64,000 bases of DNA. It comes from the human T2T-CHM13v2.0 reference genome, Homo sapiens. This document shows positions 28,100-50,200 of the stretch, piece after piece. A program made the translations under genes and the position numbers. The stretch's first letter is position 1. The number at the start of each line of letters is the position of its first letter. Under the pieces are notes generated by a model. The model ran no database searches and was not told the DNA's origin. It saw only the letters and a list, made by a program, of their open reading frames with translations. Location of the stretch: NCBI RefSeq assembly GCF_009914755.1, contig NC_060928.1; one strand, 5' to 3'.

Positions 28100-28500
28100 A
28101 ATTTATTCAAATATTTATCAAGCACCTACTGTGTGCCATGCCCAGGTTTAGGTGCTGGAGAGCAAGGTAGGATGCAAGCCCTTCTCTCATGTAGCTTTTA
28201 TTTTAGAAGGGAAAAGCAAATATGCAAAATGATAGGGGTTAGGAAAAAAAAAAAGTGAAGTCATGTGATGGACTATGACATGGTCAGAGAGGACTTTTTA
28301 AGAGGTGACACGTAAGCCCAGGCTTAAATATAAAAAAAGATTAAGACCTGCAGTGAGCAATCTGGGGATTAAGCGTTCCAGGTATAGGGAAATGCGTAAA
28401 GGCCCTTAAGTGGGAATGTGAGTTAGGTCTGAGGGACACACACACCAGTGTGGAGCACTGTGAAGAAGGGAGAGAGTGCCCAGAGATGAGATCAGAACAT
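28100..28500. mobile_element. L2 remnant
   Basis: ttattcaaatatttatcaagcacctactgtgtgcca L2 3'-end motif. Confidence 0.6.
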
Positions 28501-29663
28501 CATTTACAAAGGAATCTTAATAGAAAATGAAAAATAAATTCTTAGAAATTTTTCAATAGGGCAGGGAGAGGAGCATTTTAGTAAAGGCTATGAAGGGAGT
28601 CAGAAGAAATGAAGGGGTATGTGAAGAGGTTGAAAGTTGAGAATAAAGATGTGGCAAATGTAGTTCTGTATCACCCAGAAGGGCTGAACAGGGCAGACAG
28701 CAGAGTGTCAGCATGCTACAAAAAAGCAGTCTTATCTCCCAAAATGCAGTCTCCCTGAAGGTAGAGACCTCCACCTACCACAACTTGTAATCAGGTTTAG
28801 ATTTGAATTTTTTGGCAAGACTACTAGGTGGTAGTGTGCCTAGTATCTGGTTGTCTAACTTTTTTGTGATTATTGATGGTCCATGCCTACGCCAATTAAT
28901 TTTTCTGGGGTTGGAAAGTGGTGATAGTTTATTTCAGTCTTTCTTTCTTATCTATTAACTGGAATACTTTCATGAAGACAAACTTTTTCCAATTGATCGA
29001 GATATAAAATGCTTCATAATTTATCCTGATATAAAATACATATGAGTTTATACTGTTAGCTGTAGTTCAAGTTCAGGAATGGATATTTACTTGACCTTAC
29101 TCACCTTACATCTCTATCTCCTTTCTCCCACATTGAAGATCCTGGTTCTCAGTGACATCAACACAATTTATTTTTGTACCCACAATATAATTATAATAAT
29201 ACCAGAAAAAAAATACCAATAGTTTGTAGTACCACCAACAATATGATTACTGAAAATAGTATATGATTTTTTGTTGTTCTAAGCTAAGAGATATCTGTCT
29301 TAGATGTATAATCAGATTAGTGTGTTTTACAAATGATACTTCTTGAAATAGTTCTTCTCTAATAGAGTACATATGTATTCTGTGTGTTCTCTATGCACCT
29401 CTTTTGCATAGTTAGGTTCATTTACTTTGCTTTGATTTTTAGGATAGCTTTTTAAGTTTTCGCTGCCAATATATAATTATATAAAATATGGTTCCAAAGT
29501 CAAATCTATTTTTTAAAAAGGTTTATTTAAAGAAGTTTAACCTTTGTTCTTGCTGTAAATTCTATCCCCTCCCTATAGGTAACTTTTTTTCAGTAAGTTT
29601 TTATACTTCTATTGGTTTGTCCTTTTATTTGCTTGAATTTTTTAAGATATAAAACATACTCAC

Positions 29664-29762
29664 AGAGTTACCAATAAGCCATTCTCTCCCCCCTAAATAT
29701 GTGTCCAAGTCTTGCATAAGATGAGGCGCATTATACGTGAGCAGCTCATTGAACATCTGCTC
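29664..29762 (-). CDS. HPGDS: HPGDS exon 5, EQMFNELLTYNAPHLMQDLDTYLGGREWLIGNS
   Basis: 99 nt, cctag acceptor, gtgagt donor. Confidence 0.97.
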
Positions 29763-30756
29763 CTAGGAGAAGGAGAAAATATCACTTTAAGAATAATGAG
29801 AAGAAAAGTAACATGATCTGAGGAGGAAGTAGATTTCTCCATCTTTATTCTCCCACATGAATTCAAGAAGAAAGAGAAGTAGCTAGATTTTTTATTCAAA
29901 TTTATGACATGGAGATTTAGGTCTGATTCTCTATAGATGTGAGTCATCTCTTTATTGCTCATGGATTAAAAAAATAGTTTTGTGTCACCAGTTCTTAGTT
30001 TCTTTGTGTATAATGACTAAATATTTTACCCACAAAATCTTATTTTTTCTTAAATTTACTAAAGCGAAATGATTCTCTTGTCTTTTTAGATTCCTAAAAT
30101 TTCCCTCTTTCTTAACCTAGCTTTTTTAAAGCTAAATAATGTAACTGAAGGTAAAGAAATTTATTTTATTTCGTAAGGCTAGACTCTTCTAGTTTGGCAG
30201 TTCTTCGTTTCACTATTGCGTTTATAATGAATCATGATCTTGGGCCTTTATGTATTTTCTCATTGGACTACCATTGTGCCTCATTATCAGATTTGTCCAT
30301 CTTGAATATCATCTACAAAATGCATCATCTAGTTATCCCCTCTTGATATATAAACAAATATTATTTAAAAATTAACATCCTTAGGAAAATATATATAAAA
30401 CATCCATTTTTTAAATTGTCATCATTTTTCTACTTAAAGCTCTGAAGACCAAATAATTTACTCAAGGCCTCTTTCTTGATAAGAGATGTTTGTTTATATA
30501 TAAGAATTCTGCCTGTTTGAGTCTTGGTTATGAAATAGAAGCCAAACTCAAAAATATAAAATGTATATATCATTTATTAATATGTCTAAATGATCTATAA
30601 TGAAATCCAACCTTTATTAAGATAAGTCAGATAGTGGATACTGTACCAATTTGCTGATTTACTTGCTGTTATGATTATGACTTAGCTAGATGGTATATAC
30701 TACCACAACATAATGCCTTATATTTAGAATACAATTTGCAAAAGCATCCTTACATA

Positions 30757-30986
30757 CAGGTTGAGCCTCCCTAGTCCAAAAATCCAAAATGCTCCAAAAT
30801 CCAAGACGTTTTGAGCATGCACATGATGCCCAAAGGAAATGCTCAGGGGAACATCTCAGATATCGGTTCTTGAGATTTGGTATGCTCAACCAGTAAGTAT
30901 AATGCAAATATTCCAAAATCTGAAGAAAACCCCAATTCTGAAATACTTCTGGTCCCAAGAATTTCAGATAAGGGATACTCAACATG
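30757..30986. mobile_element. Tigger4a/MER46-type Tc1-mariner MITE
   Basis: TIRs CAGGTTGAG...CTCAACATG, TA flanks. Confidence 0.85.
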
Positions 30987-32599
30987 TACTTACATATGTT
31001 TGCCAGATTTAAAAACCGAAGCTTATAAAGCTTGTCATTATTTTGACTTTATGTTCTTTCCCTTGTTCTATAAAGTGCTCTGTGGTCAGTATGTTCATAG
31101 TTTTAAAGAAAACATTAGTTATGAGTCTTTCTGCAGCTTACACAGAATTTGTAATCCCATTGAAGGGCAGTGAGTCGAGAACCATGTGGTGCTTGCCACA
31201 GATCTGCTCACCTCAGTTGGCATCAGTCAGAAAAGTAATGGCCAATTTGATTGTTGGACAACTTTCCAAAAACTCCTGTGTGCACTCCTGGCAAATTCTG
31301 TTCTTCTAACGTGCATTTCCAGAGCTTCAGGTGCACCAATGTTTGTGTATATGCAGAGTCAAATAAAACTCTTATATCTGTGCTACTGACTTCTCCTTGA
31401 GCCCAGATTGTCTTTGTAAGTTTGGTGAATTATTTCAGTCTAATGAAATGTAAATTAATAAACAGTGTAATTAGTATTTAAGTTTCATTTTAAAGTACAA
31501 TCAACCAAAATAACATAAAGAAGATAAGATTTGATTACACTTCTTTTTTTTTTCCAGATATATTTTAAAAAACACATTTCCTGATCCATCCTAGATAGCC
31601 ACTCCTTTACTTGATGGATTCAGAAATTTCTAGCCTCCCTTTTCAGAGGAGGTTTTTTCACCCTGAGAATTTGTTGCTATGAAAGTTTAACAAATGACTT
31701 TTAGAGAGGTTCGTATATTTCTCAAAAGCATTTTCAGATATGCACTACCAAAATTATTTTGTGTTGGAACCACGACATCAGAATGTCCTCAGGCCTTCTC
31801 ATTCTTCTTCCCCATCCTGTTCTTTAGATGAGGAAATGGAAACACAGATACATTAAATAACCAAAGTAACACTAATGGTGAGTTCAAGGATTGTCATGGT
31901 GACCAATATCCAAAGGCATCTTTTGCTTTTAATTCTTTTTTTATTGGAAATGGAATTTTTAGTAATAAATACTGTAAAATTGTGTGTATTTGGTAGATTT
32001 TTAAGGTGTATATGACAAGAATATATTCACTATCCATCTTAAGTGCATCAATATTCTGCCTTTGAAATTTTCACCTGACCACAAGATGGCAGCAATGTAG
32101 CCCACTACCAACAGTCTAAGAAATGAAATACAGAACAGTGCATTTTTCATTATATATTAGCCAAGTCCTGCTTGTTAATTAGATAGTCTATAGCTATCAG
32201 CAATGTTTCTGCAACGTGTTCTGCCTTTGTATGATTTAATCATGAACTTGGATTGCTGTGTCCTTTGAAATTGTTTTTTTGGAATTGGTGGTATGTAAGA
32301 GAGTTGTTATTCTAATACAAAGGTAGAGTGTTACTCTTATCATAAATGTTCGAAGAATATTTTCCTCTGGGAGGTGGTCTCTGTTATGGAGCCTCAGCCA
32401 CAGAAAGGTAGAAAATAGAAAAGTAGAGAAGAGCAAACTGATAAATTGATAGACTGCACATTAGGGGGGTGTTTGGTACATGGAACAAAAATCTTTAGAC
32501 ACTTCTAAATTGGAGAGCATCTGTTTCTACATTTATAATGATATGTAAAATACAGATGCCATGTCTGACAAATAGTAAAAACAATTAACACCAAAGTAT

Positions 32600-33830
32600 A
32601 TAACACTATTAATTATAATAGTTAATATTTAACACTTCCTACCTAGCCATAGGCACATATGCTAACATTTAATCCTGCCAACATACTTCAAAGTAGAGCC
32701 TGTTGTATTCCCACTTTACAAAGAGTTTGAACTATAAATAGGGAGTTAAGTGACAGCTAGTAAGAAGGGAATCAGGATTCAACCTGGCAGTTTGACTCCA
32801 GAGCCTAAATGTACTTATGTCAAAAAGTTGTATTTCTATCATCAAAGCTGAGCTTCATTATTTCCTGGCTAGGCCTATATATATACGTGTGTGTGTGGGC
32901 AGACCCTACACACCTCACATTTATATCATGGAGTTAGTCAATGTAAATACTTTTGTGTCCGGATATCTCTATTCAAATCAGAAGGTGCTAATTAAATAGT
33001 ATTTACAATAAATACTAAGTAGATAGTATGTGCTTAAATATGTGCTTAAGTAAATTGATAAGACTGCCTGCTATTTGTGCTGTGGCTTTCGACTATAGGC
33101 TTTAGCTTTAACATGTACATAAATATTCATGCGCAGCTGTTTTGAACAGCTGCTTGCACTGTGGTATTATACCCAGTGGTTAAGAACCTGGGGTTTGAGT
33201 CAGTGACGATTTGAATTCCTTCTGCACCACTTCTAGCTGAACAATTTTGGGTAAGTTGTTTACACTACATGAAACTCTTGTTTTCTTACTTGGAAGATGA
33301 GGATAACAGCAGTTTCATTCTAAAGGAATGCTTAAATTAGTTACTAATTTAAGCAATTGTATACCTAGGTGATGAGGCTATGGGATCTAAATTCAGCTGT
33401 CTGGGCTCAGTTCACAGTTCTGTCAGTTGTGTGACTTTGGGCAACTCTGTAACTTCTGTTTCTCAGTGTCTTCATCTGGAAAGTGAGCATGACAATAAAA
33501 AGCACTTATCTTGAAGTGGGAGGAGGGCTGACTGAGATAACACATAGAGCTGAGAGTAACACAGGCACATGGTGTGCATTTGATGAGTGTGGTTCTGATC
33601 ACTTATTCAACAAGTGTGTAATGCCTACTATGTAAAAGGCACTGTGATGGCGGTGGGGGATCAGTTGAATAATACAGACATGATTCCTACCCCACGATGC
33701 ATCCAGCTTGAGGAGACAAACAACAAACAAGTAATCACACACCACCTGCCAGTCTCTTTAAAATAGAGACTGTGATGAGCGTCCTAAAGGAAACCACTAG
33801 AAGCTGTAATAAAGACGTCTATTTAGAATT
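32600..33830. mobile_element. Cluster of MIR and L2 remnants
   Basis: MIR core motifs at about 32610-32810, 33160-33340 and 33375-33590; L2 motif at about 33600. Confidence 0.6.
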
Positions 33831-35496
33831 CTGCATAAAGATGAATAATTTGACAAATATATATCATTTTGCATTCATCTCTAAACCACAGTAATGAATA
33901 TTTTTAAAAAGATAGAACCCACAAGGAAGTGGAAAGAGAGGAGATAAGAGCAAACAAAATTTGAAGCTAGTAAGCAGATGGGTGAATGGCACCTGTGAAG
34001 GGAAAGCCAAGAACCAATCCTATCAACAACACAAAATCCTTAAATGGCTCAGGAAATGACCGGATATGTCTAGAACTGGGGTTAAGGAGGTTTGGGAGGG
34101 GATAAAATGAGGATTGGTGGAAAACTATTAAGCGGTTTTAGCATGGGATGTTCTTCATTTTACATTACTAGACAGCTGTCCCTTCCCCATTCTTAGCGGA
34201 AAACAGCCTAAGAATTTTTATAAATTTAGAAGCACAATATCAGAAATTTAGAACTCAAGGACTGATGATAAATGCTTTCTAAAAGTAATGCAGAAAAGCC
34301 AAGAGACGGGAAATAGGAAAAGAGCCAACCAACATCTGAATTACTGGAATTCTACTATAATGGAACAAAGAAAATAAAGGGGGAGGAAATCATTAATGAA
34401 AGAATTAAAGGAAATGTCCTTGAACTAAAGGACATGGGTCCCAGATTGAACGGAATCACCAAGGAAACAGCACAATGGATGAAAACAAGATCATACCAAG
34501 ACTCACCATTGCAAAATTTTAGAACTCTAAGGGCACGTGTTTTGTAATCTTTCAGAGTGGAAAAAAAATAGGTCACATACAAAAGGTCAGTAATTACATT
34601 GAATTCAAACTTCTCAACAGCCTTTCAAATACTAATGAAAAACTACTTTCATCAGAATTCTACACCCAGTCAAACTATAAAACAAGTTTGAGAATAAAAT
34701 AAAAACATCTTTAAACAAATAAGGCCCCAAAAGCCCCAAACTTTTATTTCCTATGACCAGTAAGCTCTTAGAGGACTGTTCCACAAAAGCAAGGAAAGAA
34801 AACAGGAGAATGAACCCAGGAAAACATAAAAAAAAAAAAAAAATCCTGGGTAATAATAAAGATCTCAGGATGACAACTGTGACCAAGTATCTAGGACAAC
34901 CATACCAGAGCGAAGCAGTGTGACTCACAAGATAGACATATCCATGCCATCTGTCATAATCATATCTGCTGTCATCAAGCCTTCATTTTAACTTTTGGAA
35001 TACTAGAGGATGTGCCCCCAAATAAACAATGGAGTAAACAAAGAAAGAAGGCAGCCTCCAGGAACAGGACTCCAGCTCCATAGAATGGCATCACTGGAAT
35101 AACAGCAAAGGGAATTCCAATGATGACAGCTGTGCAGAAAACCTGGAGAACTCCACAAAGAATGGAAGTCTCCTAGAGAGCGCTCCAAGAAATATTGGAA
35201 ATAACAGATGAACTGACACTACGTTGACCTTGTGGAAAATCGTATTGGCAGGCTATTGGATACTGTGGAAAGTCAGCAGTAAAAGTGAAAAGAAGCAAAA
35301 GAAAGCAATTACTAATTTTAAGGAAGAAAAGTGAGAAAGAAAATATAAAAGCATACTACAGTGCACAGTTCTATGCATTATTTGCATAGCCTACTAATCA
35401 CAGGATATTTAACCAAAAAATTTTCACATCACAATATTGGGAGCTTGGTGAAAAGGAAGCAGAAAGGATGACTATGTAAGAGAAAAATTGTTATTT

Positions 35497-35832
35497 CAGG
35501 TTGAGATCCCTTATCCAACATGCTTGGGAACAGAATTGTGTTGAATTCCAGACTTTTTCAGATTTTGGAATGTTTGCATATACATAATGAGATATATAGG
35601 GGATGGGGCCTAAATCTAAAAACCAAATTCATTTATGTTTCATTTACACCTTATACACATAGCCAAAGGTAATTTTATACAGTATTTTCAATAATTTTGC
35701 ACATTTGCTAAAGTTTGTGTTAAGTACTTACATGTGGAATTTTCCACTTGTGCTGTTATCTTGGTACTTAAAACGTTTTGGAGTTTGGGGCATTTTGGAC
35801 TTCAGACTTTCAGGTTAGGAATGCTTAACCTG
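35497..35832. mobile_element. MER46C-like Tigger MITE
   Basis: TIRs CAGGTTGAG...CTTAACCTG. Confidence 0.8.
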
Positions 35833-36153
35833 TACTATCATAAGTCCTGAGAAATCATTTACAATTGGTCAATCAGAGGAAGTCATATTTATTTATCCTA
35901 TAGAAATATGGAAATGTGTAAATCCTAAAGAAACTGCTAAACAAAGTTTTAAAAGGGTTGCATCTGGGGAGGAGTTAATGTGAAGGGGTACAATAGGGAA
36001 TTGCTGTACTTTATTTTAAACTTTTAAAATATAATTTGGTATTTTAAAATTATACATATTCTTTTGATATTAAGGAACTTTCTAAGGCACCTAACACAAT
36101 GTCTGGCAGGTGGTATATAATTAATACTAGGAATAGCAAATGGATCACATTAC

Positions 36154-36263
36154 TTTCACATCTTGCTTTTTCTCTGCCCAAGGAAAACATGACATGAAAT
36201 CATCCAGAGTGTCCACAATAGCATCAACATGACATTGTTCCATTTCTGTGTTTCCAGCCAAAT
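36154..36263 (-). CDS. HPGDS: HPGDS exon 4, (D)LAGNTEMEQCHVDAIVDTLDDFMSCFPWAEKKQDVK
   Basis: 110 nt, cacag acceptor, gtaatg donor. Confidence 0.97.
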
Positions 36264-36639
36264 CTGTGGAATAGAGAGAGGCCCATCAATATGTTTAATT
36301 TACTATATTAAAAAGTTTGTTTTTAACAGATAGTATACTCATATGGTTGAAAATTCAAAGAGTGTAAAACAATATCCAGTGAAGACTAGCTTCCATCCAC
36401 CACATTTTGCTCCCTTACCTACCTACCTTACTGGTACCACTTTAATTAGTATTCTACATTATTTCTTTATGAAAATACAAGCAAATAAAATATATATCCC
36501 ACTAGATATGCTTCCTCATCCCATGTCCCCTACATATCTTTCTTTACAAGTACCCAAAGGGTGTACTTGCTTTTTTTTTTTTTTTTTTTTTTTTTGGCTA
36601 CATAGGGATTCATTGAGGTAGATGCGCCACAATTTATTT

Positions 36640-42793
<6,154 letters not shown>

Positions 42794-44209
42794 CCACAAT
42801 TTATTTAACTAGCCTCAACTGATTAGGTTTATTTCCAGTCTTTTGTTAATACAAGCAACACTGCAATAAATAACCTGTACCTATGTTATAATTTATTTTG
42901 TATCAAGAATTATTTTTATTTTTGCAGACAGTTTTTGTCAGGAGCATTTGTTTTCTGACTGGAGACTAAAATTTTTAAATAATAGAGGGTTTTTTTTCTT
43001 TTGTCTCATTTGTTAATCATTATTTTTGGTAATAAATCATTGGTCTTCCTAAAAGTTTTCTCAATGGTGCCAATTTAAAATGCTCCCGTGTAGAAGCTTT
43101 CTAAAATGGATTGCTTTTGTAAAACTGTATAAATTTATTAAAAATTAAGAAACTGTATACTGACAGTGGATGAATTGTATGTAAATTATACCTCAATAAA
43201 GGTGTTAAAATCGAAAGAAAATTCTTGAACGATTTAGAGTTCCTCTGTAAACTATATTTTTGTGTGTGTGATATTCAAAGGTTGATTATTCGTCTTTCTG
43301 ACCTTGAATAGTCTTCAGAATTCTTCACTCATTTTCATCCCTACTTTGACTTCCACCTCAAGGCTTCAGCTAAAAATTTATGGAGGTGACTCCTTATTCA
43401 ATATTTTTAGTCCTAAACCACAGGCTCATTTTTTCAGCCTCCTTTTGGATATATCTCTGATTACTCTTTTGGCCCCTGAACATTCTTCCACAAATCCTCA
43501 AATGCAGTCATCACACCTTTTCTCAAACCAGCTCTCCTTTTTTTACCCAACAAATAATTACGGGCCTCAACTGTGACTCAGCCCCAAGTAGTGGCTGTAT
43601 ATAGTAGTATTGAATAGAAGAGGTAAATTCCTTGCATGCATGGCACGTATGGTCAACTGGAGAAGGCAGACATTGAGGAGGGTATTGCAAGTTGAAAAAA
43701 GTATTTTGAACAGAAAAGAGAAAGAGACGAAAGAGAAGAGGAGAAGGAGGAAGAAAAGGAGGAAGTAGCAGTATATAGCATATTGAGAACGGCAAACTCT
43801 GTCTATGCTGTTCCTCTCCTGGTTAAATAGACTGCCTTCCACATGGCAACGTCTATCTACTGTCTCTAAGATGATTCTACATCCACAAATTTTTCGTATT
43901 TTTCTTGGTCTCTCTTCTTTGCCATCTGGACCATTTCAATGATCTCTTAATATGCTTCCCTGCAGTAGCCACAAATACAAAGTAACCACAATAATCTTCC
44001 CAAAATGCATAGCGGTAGTTATGCTGCTTTTCTAGATAAAAACCTACAATTGCATAAGAAAAAAAGTCCATATTCTAGATCCTTCTAGATCTTTCTAATC
44101 AGATCCAATCTATCCTTCTAAGCATTTCTCTAATTCTCTTCCACCTGCAAATTTGAAGTTCATTCTTCTTCTCATGCCATTTTCTCTCTGCTTAGAATGT
44201 TCTAGCCCA

Positions 44210-44375
44210 GAGATTCTCAAAGTGAGATCCATGGACCACCTGCATCATCTGGGAAATTGTTGAGAATGCAAATTCTTGGGACCCACCCAAGGTCTACTGA
44301 CTCAAAGTTGCACAAAGTATATTTTAGTGAGCATCCAGGTGACCCTGATGCACATAAAGTTTGAAAAGCACTGCC
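44210..44375. mobile_element. MER5A-like MITE
   Basis: attctcaaagtg..gaccacctgcatca..aagtttgaaaagcactg. Confidence 0.65.
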
Positions 44376-45376
44376 CAGGTCCAAGTCTTCCTCTTGAAAT
44401 TCTAGCTATCTTTGAGCCTAAACCTAAATGTCATTTTCACTTTAAAGCCTAATTTCCCTGGTCATAAATAATTTCCATTTCTTCTAAACTTTCAAAGTAA
44501 CTTTATTTGTTGAAACATGTTAGTGTAACACAAAACTTTGTATTTTTAAAATACACTATTTCATTCCAAAATGAGGTTTAGTATTCATGGCCCATTTTAT
44601 TTGTGAGCTATGTATGTGTCTATGGCTTGGATCATAGCAGTGGCAATGGTGGTGGGGAGATAGGTTTCAGAGAATGGTGATTCTACAGATTGATTGAAAG
44701 AAACGAGCTTTAAAAGAAGCCAAAAGTAGCTTTTGGCTCAAAAAGGGTGTGAGAATAGTTTGAGGGAAGAGAGAAGACAATGGAGCATAGGATGGGAGAA
44801 AGTGTGTCAGGTAAAAACAAGAACAGTTTCTATTGTTTCTCTTCCAATACCATGGGTGTGGGCACTAATGCAACAATCCGGAAGCCAAGTATCCCCTTCA
44901 AGTTTCCTCAGATGGCACTGAGTGGAAGCAAAGAAACTCCCTATTTTTTTCAGCATGATTAGGATGAAGGACATTACTGAGTATATAATTTTAAGTCTAA
45001 GAAATTTCAACCTCCATATGCCATATGTATTTTCTGCTAAGTAATTTTCTCTAATAACTTACCATATGCAAACTAGCCAAAGTTTGGAATGAAACATCCC
45101 TGTCCAATTTTTCAGCTAAACTCCAAAAAGGGCTTGGAGAGCAAACAGATGTAAGGCAGGAAAAGCAGGAGGCGATATAAAATAAAATTGTCTAATTGTC
45201 CAGGGAACTCATGGAAAGTTAAACTGATACAGGTGGTATATTTATACTTTTCTCTTATTTAATTCCATTCTTATTTGTACTATAGTATGCTATGCTAAAG
45301 TCATTTAATGAATATTGAATATATATCATGTATTTGTTTCAGTTATCAAAAATCTTAAGCACAATAAACATGTTAC

Positions 45377-45469
45377 CTGTGTTTTTGGTCAAATATCTTG
45401 CTATTGCTAGGCTCTGGTGAAGAGTAAGTCCATCAACTTCCAAAATGGGGATTTTTCCAAATGGGAGAG
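45377..45469 (-). CDS. HPGDS: HPGDS exon 3, (T)LPFGKIPILEVDGLTLHQSLAIARYLTKNT
   Basis: 93 nt, phase 1-1, taag acceptor, gtaaca donor; GST PFGKIP and QSLAI motifs. Confidence 0.97.
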
Positions 45470-45879
45470 CTTAAAATGAAATGAGCAAATAATTAACTTC
45501 ATAACAAAACCAGAAGTTATATTACTTCCATTTTTACTGATCATCGTGAAAACAAAGCATGATTTTATGGAATCATGAAATTCTTAAATATTTTTAAAGG
45601 AACACTTGACAACTTGTAGTGGAATATTTATATTTTATAAGTTTTGTTTAAGTTGTTAGAAAACCTGATTTAAAATTAGTGACAGAATTTGTTCTTAAGC
45701 TCAGGTTTATAGTGACACCATATACTGTACTGTATTTTACATGCTTACTGTTAAAAAAAATTAATTGTAAAACTTCATTATTTTTTGCAGCCTCAATTGC
45801 AGATTATTAAAATCGTAGTCTGAGGATTATGAAGAGTTTGATTTACATATTGAGTTATGGTAAGAACTTAGCCATAGCC

Positions 45880-47262
<1,383 letters not shown>

Positions 47263-47277
47263 TCTCCCTCATTTTTG

Positions 47278-50200
47278 TATTATACTTTAAGTTCTAGGGT
47301 ACATGTGCACAATGTGCAGGTTTGTTACATAGGTATACATGTGCCATGTTGGTGTGCTGCACCCATTAACTCATCATTTACATTAGGTATATCTCCTAAT
47401 ACTATCCCTCCCCTCTACCCCCACCCTGCAACAGGCCCCAGTGTGTGATGTTCCCCATCCTGTGTCCAAGTGTTCTCATTGTTCAGTTCCCACCTATGAG
47501 TGAGAACATGCAGTGTTTGGTTTTCTGTCCTTGAGATAGTTTGCTCAGAATGATGGTTTCCAGCTTCATCCATGTCCCTACAAAGGACATGAACTCATCC
47601 TTTTTTATGGCTGCATAGTATTCCATGGTATATATGTACTACATTTTCTTAATCCTGTCTAACACTGATGGACATTTGGGTTGGTTCCAAGTCTTTACTA
47701 TTGTTAATAGTGCTGCAATAAACATACATGTGCATGTGTCTTTATGGGAGCATGATTTATAATCCTTTGGGTATATGCCCAGTAATGGGATCACTGGGTC
47801 AAATGGTATTTCTATATCTAGATCCTTGAGGAATCACCACACTGTCTTCCACAATGGTTGAACTAGTTTACAGTCCCACCAACAGTGTAAAAGTGTTCCT
47901 ATTTCTCCACACCCTCTCCAGCACCTGTTGTTTCCTGACTTTTTAATGATCGCCATTCTAACTGGTGTGAGATGGTATCTCACCATGGTTTTGATTTGCA
48001 TTTCTGTGATGACCAGTGATGACGAGCATTTTTTCATGTGTCTGTTGACTGCATAAATGTCTTTTTTTGAGAAGTGTCTGTTCATATCCTTCGCCCACTT
48101 TTTGATGGGGTTGTTTGATTTTTTCTTGTAAATTTGTTTAAGTTCTTTGTAGATTCTGGATATTAGCCATTTGTCAGATGGATAGATTGCAAAATTTTTC
48201 TCCCATTCTGCAGGTTGCCTGTTCACTCTAATGGTAGTTTCTTTTACTGTGCAGAAGCTCCTTAGTTTAATTAGATCCCATTTGTCAATTTTGGCTTTTG
48301 TTGCCATTGCTTTTGGTGTTTTAGTCATGAAGTCCTTGCCCATGCCTATGTCCTGAATGGTATTGCCTAGGTTTTCTTCTAGGGTTTTTATGGTTTTAGG
48401 TCTGACATTGAAGTCTTTAATCCATCTTGAATGAATTTTTGTATAAGGTGTAAGGAAGGGATCCAGTTTCAGCTTTCTCCATATGGCTAGCCAGTTTTCC
48501 CAGCACCATTTATTAAATAGGGAATCCTTCCCCCATTTCTTGTTTTTGTCAGGTTTGTCAAAGATCAGATGGTTGTAGATGTGTGGTATTATTTCTGAGG
48601 CCTCTGTTCTGTTCCATTGGTCTATATCTCTGTTTTGGTACCAGTACCATGCTGTTTTGGTTACTGTAGGCTTGTAGTATAGTTTGAAGTCAGGTAGCAT
48701 GATGTCTCCAGCTTTGTTCTTTTTGCTTAGGATTGACTTGGCAATGCAGGCTCTTTTTTGGTTCCATATGAACTTTAAAGTAGTTTTTTCCAATTCTGTG
48801 AAGAAAGTCACTTGTAGGTGGCTGGGGATGGCATTGAATCTATAAATTACCTTGGGCAGTATGGCCATTTTCACGATATTGATTCTTCCTACCCATGAGC
48901 ATGGAATGTTCTTCCATTTGTTTGTATCCTCTTTTATTTTGTTGAGCAGTGGTTTGTAGTTCTCCTTGAAGAGGTCCTTCACATCCCTTTTAAGTTGGAT
49001 TCCTAGGTATTTTATTCTCTTTGAAGCAATTGTGAATGGGAGTTAATTCATGATTTGGCTCTCTGTTTGTCTGTTATTGGTGTATAGCAATGCTTGTGAT
49101 TTTTGTACATTGATTTTGTATCCTGAGACTTTGTTGAAGTTGCTTATCAGCTTAAGGAGATTTTGGGCTGAGATGATGGGGTTTTCTAAATATACAATCA
49201 TGTCATCTGAAAACAGGGACAATTTGACTTCCTCTCTTCCTAATTGAATAACCTTTATTTCTTTCTCTTGCCTGATTGCTCTTGTCAGAACTTCCAACAC
49301 TATGTTGAATAGGAGTGGTGTGAGAGGGCATCCCTGTCTTGTGCCAGTTTTCAAAGGGAATGCTTCCAGTTTTTGCCCATTCAGTATGATATTGGCTGTG
49401 GGTTTGTCATAAATAGCTCTTATTATTTTGAGATACATCCCATCAATACCTAATTTATTGAGAGTTTTTAGCATGAAGGGCTGTTGAATTTTGTTGAAGG
49501 CCTTTTCTGCATCTATTGAGACGATCATGTGGTTTTTGTCTTTGGTTCTGTTAAGGTGATGGATTACATTTATTGATTTGCATATGTTGAACGAGCTTTG
49601 CATCCCAGGAATGAAGCCAGCTTGATCTTGGTGGATAAGGTTTTTGATGTGTTGCTGGATTCGGTTTGCCAGTATTTTATTGAGGATTTTCCCATCGATG
49701 TTCATCAGGGATATTGGTCTAAAATTCTCTTTTTTTTGTGTCTCTGCCAGGCTTTGGTATCAGGGTGATGCTGGCCTCATAAAATGAGTTAGGGAGGACT
49801 CCCTCTTTTTCTATTGATTGGAATAGTTTCAGAAGGAATGGTACCAGCTCCTCCTTGTATCTCTGGTAGAATTCAGCTGTGAATCCACCTGGTCCTGGAC
49901 TTTTTTTGGTTGGTAGGCTATTAATTATTGCCTCAATTTCAGATCCTGTTATTGGTCTATTCAGGGATTCAACTTCTTCCTGGTTTATTTTGGGGAAGGT
50001 GTATGTGTCCAGCAATTTATCCAGTTCTTCTAGATTTTCTAGTTTATTTGTGTAGAGGTGTTTATAGTATTCTCTGATGGTAGTTTGTATTTCTGTGGGA
50101 TCGGTGGTGATATCCCCTTTATCATTTTTCATTGCATCTATTTGATTCTTCTCTCTTTTCTTCTTTATTAGTCTTGCTAGCAGTCTATCAATTTTGTTGA

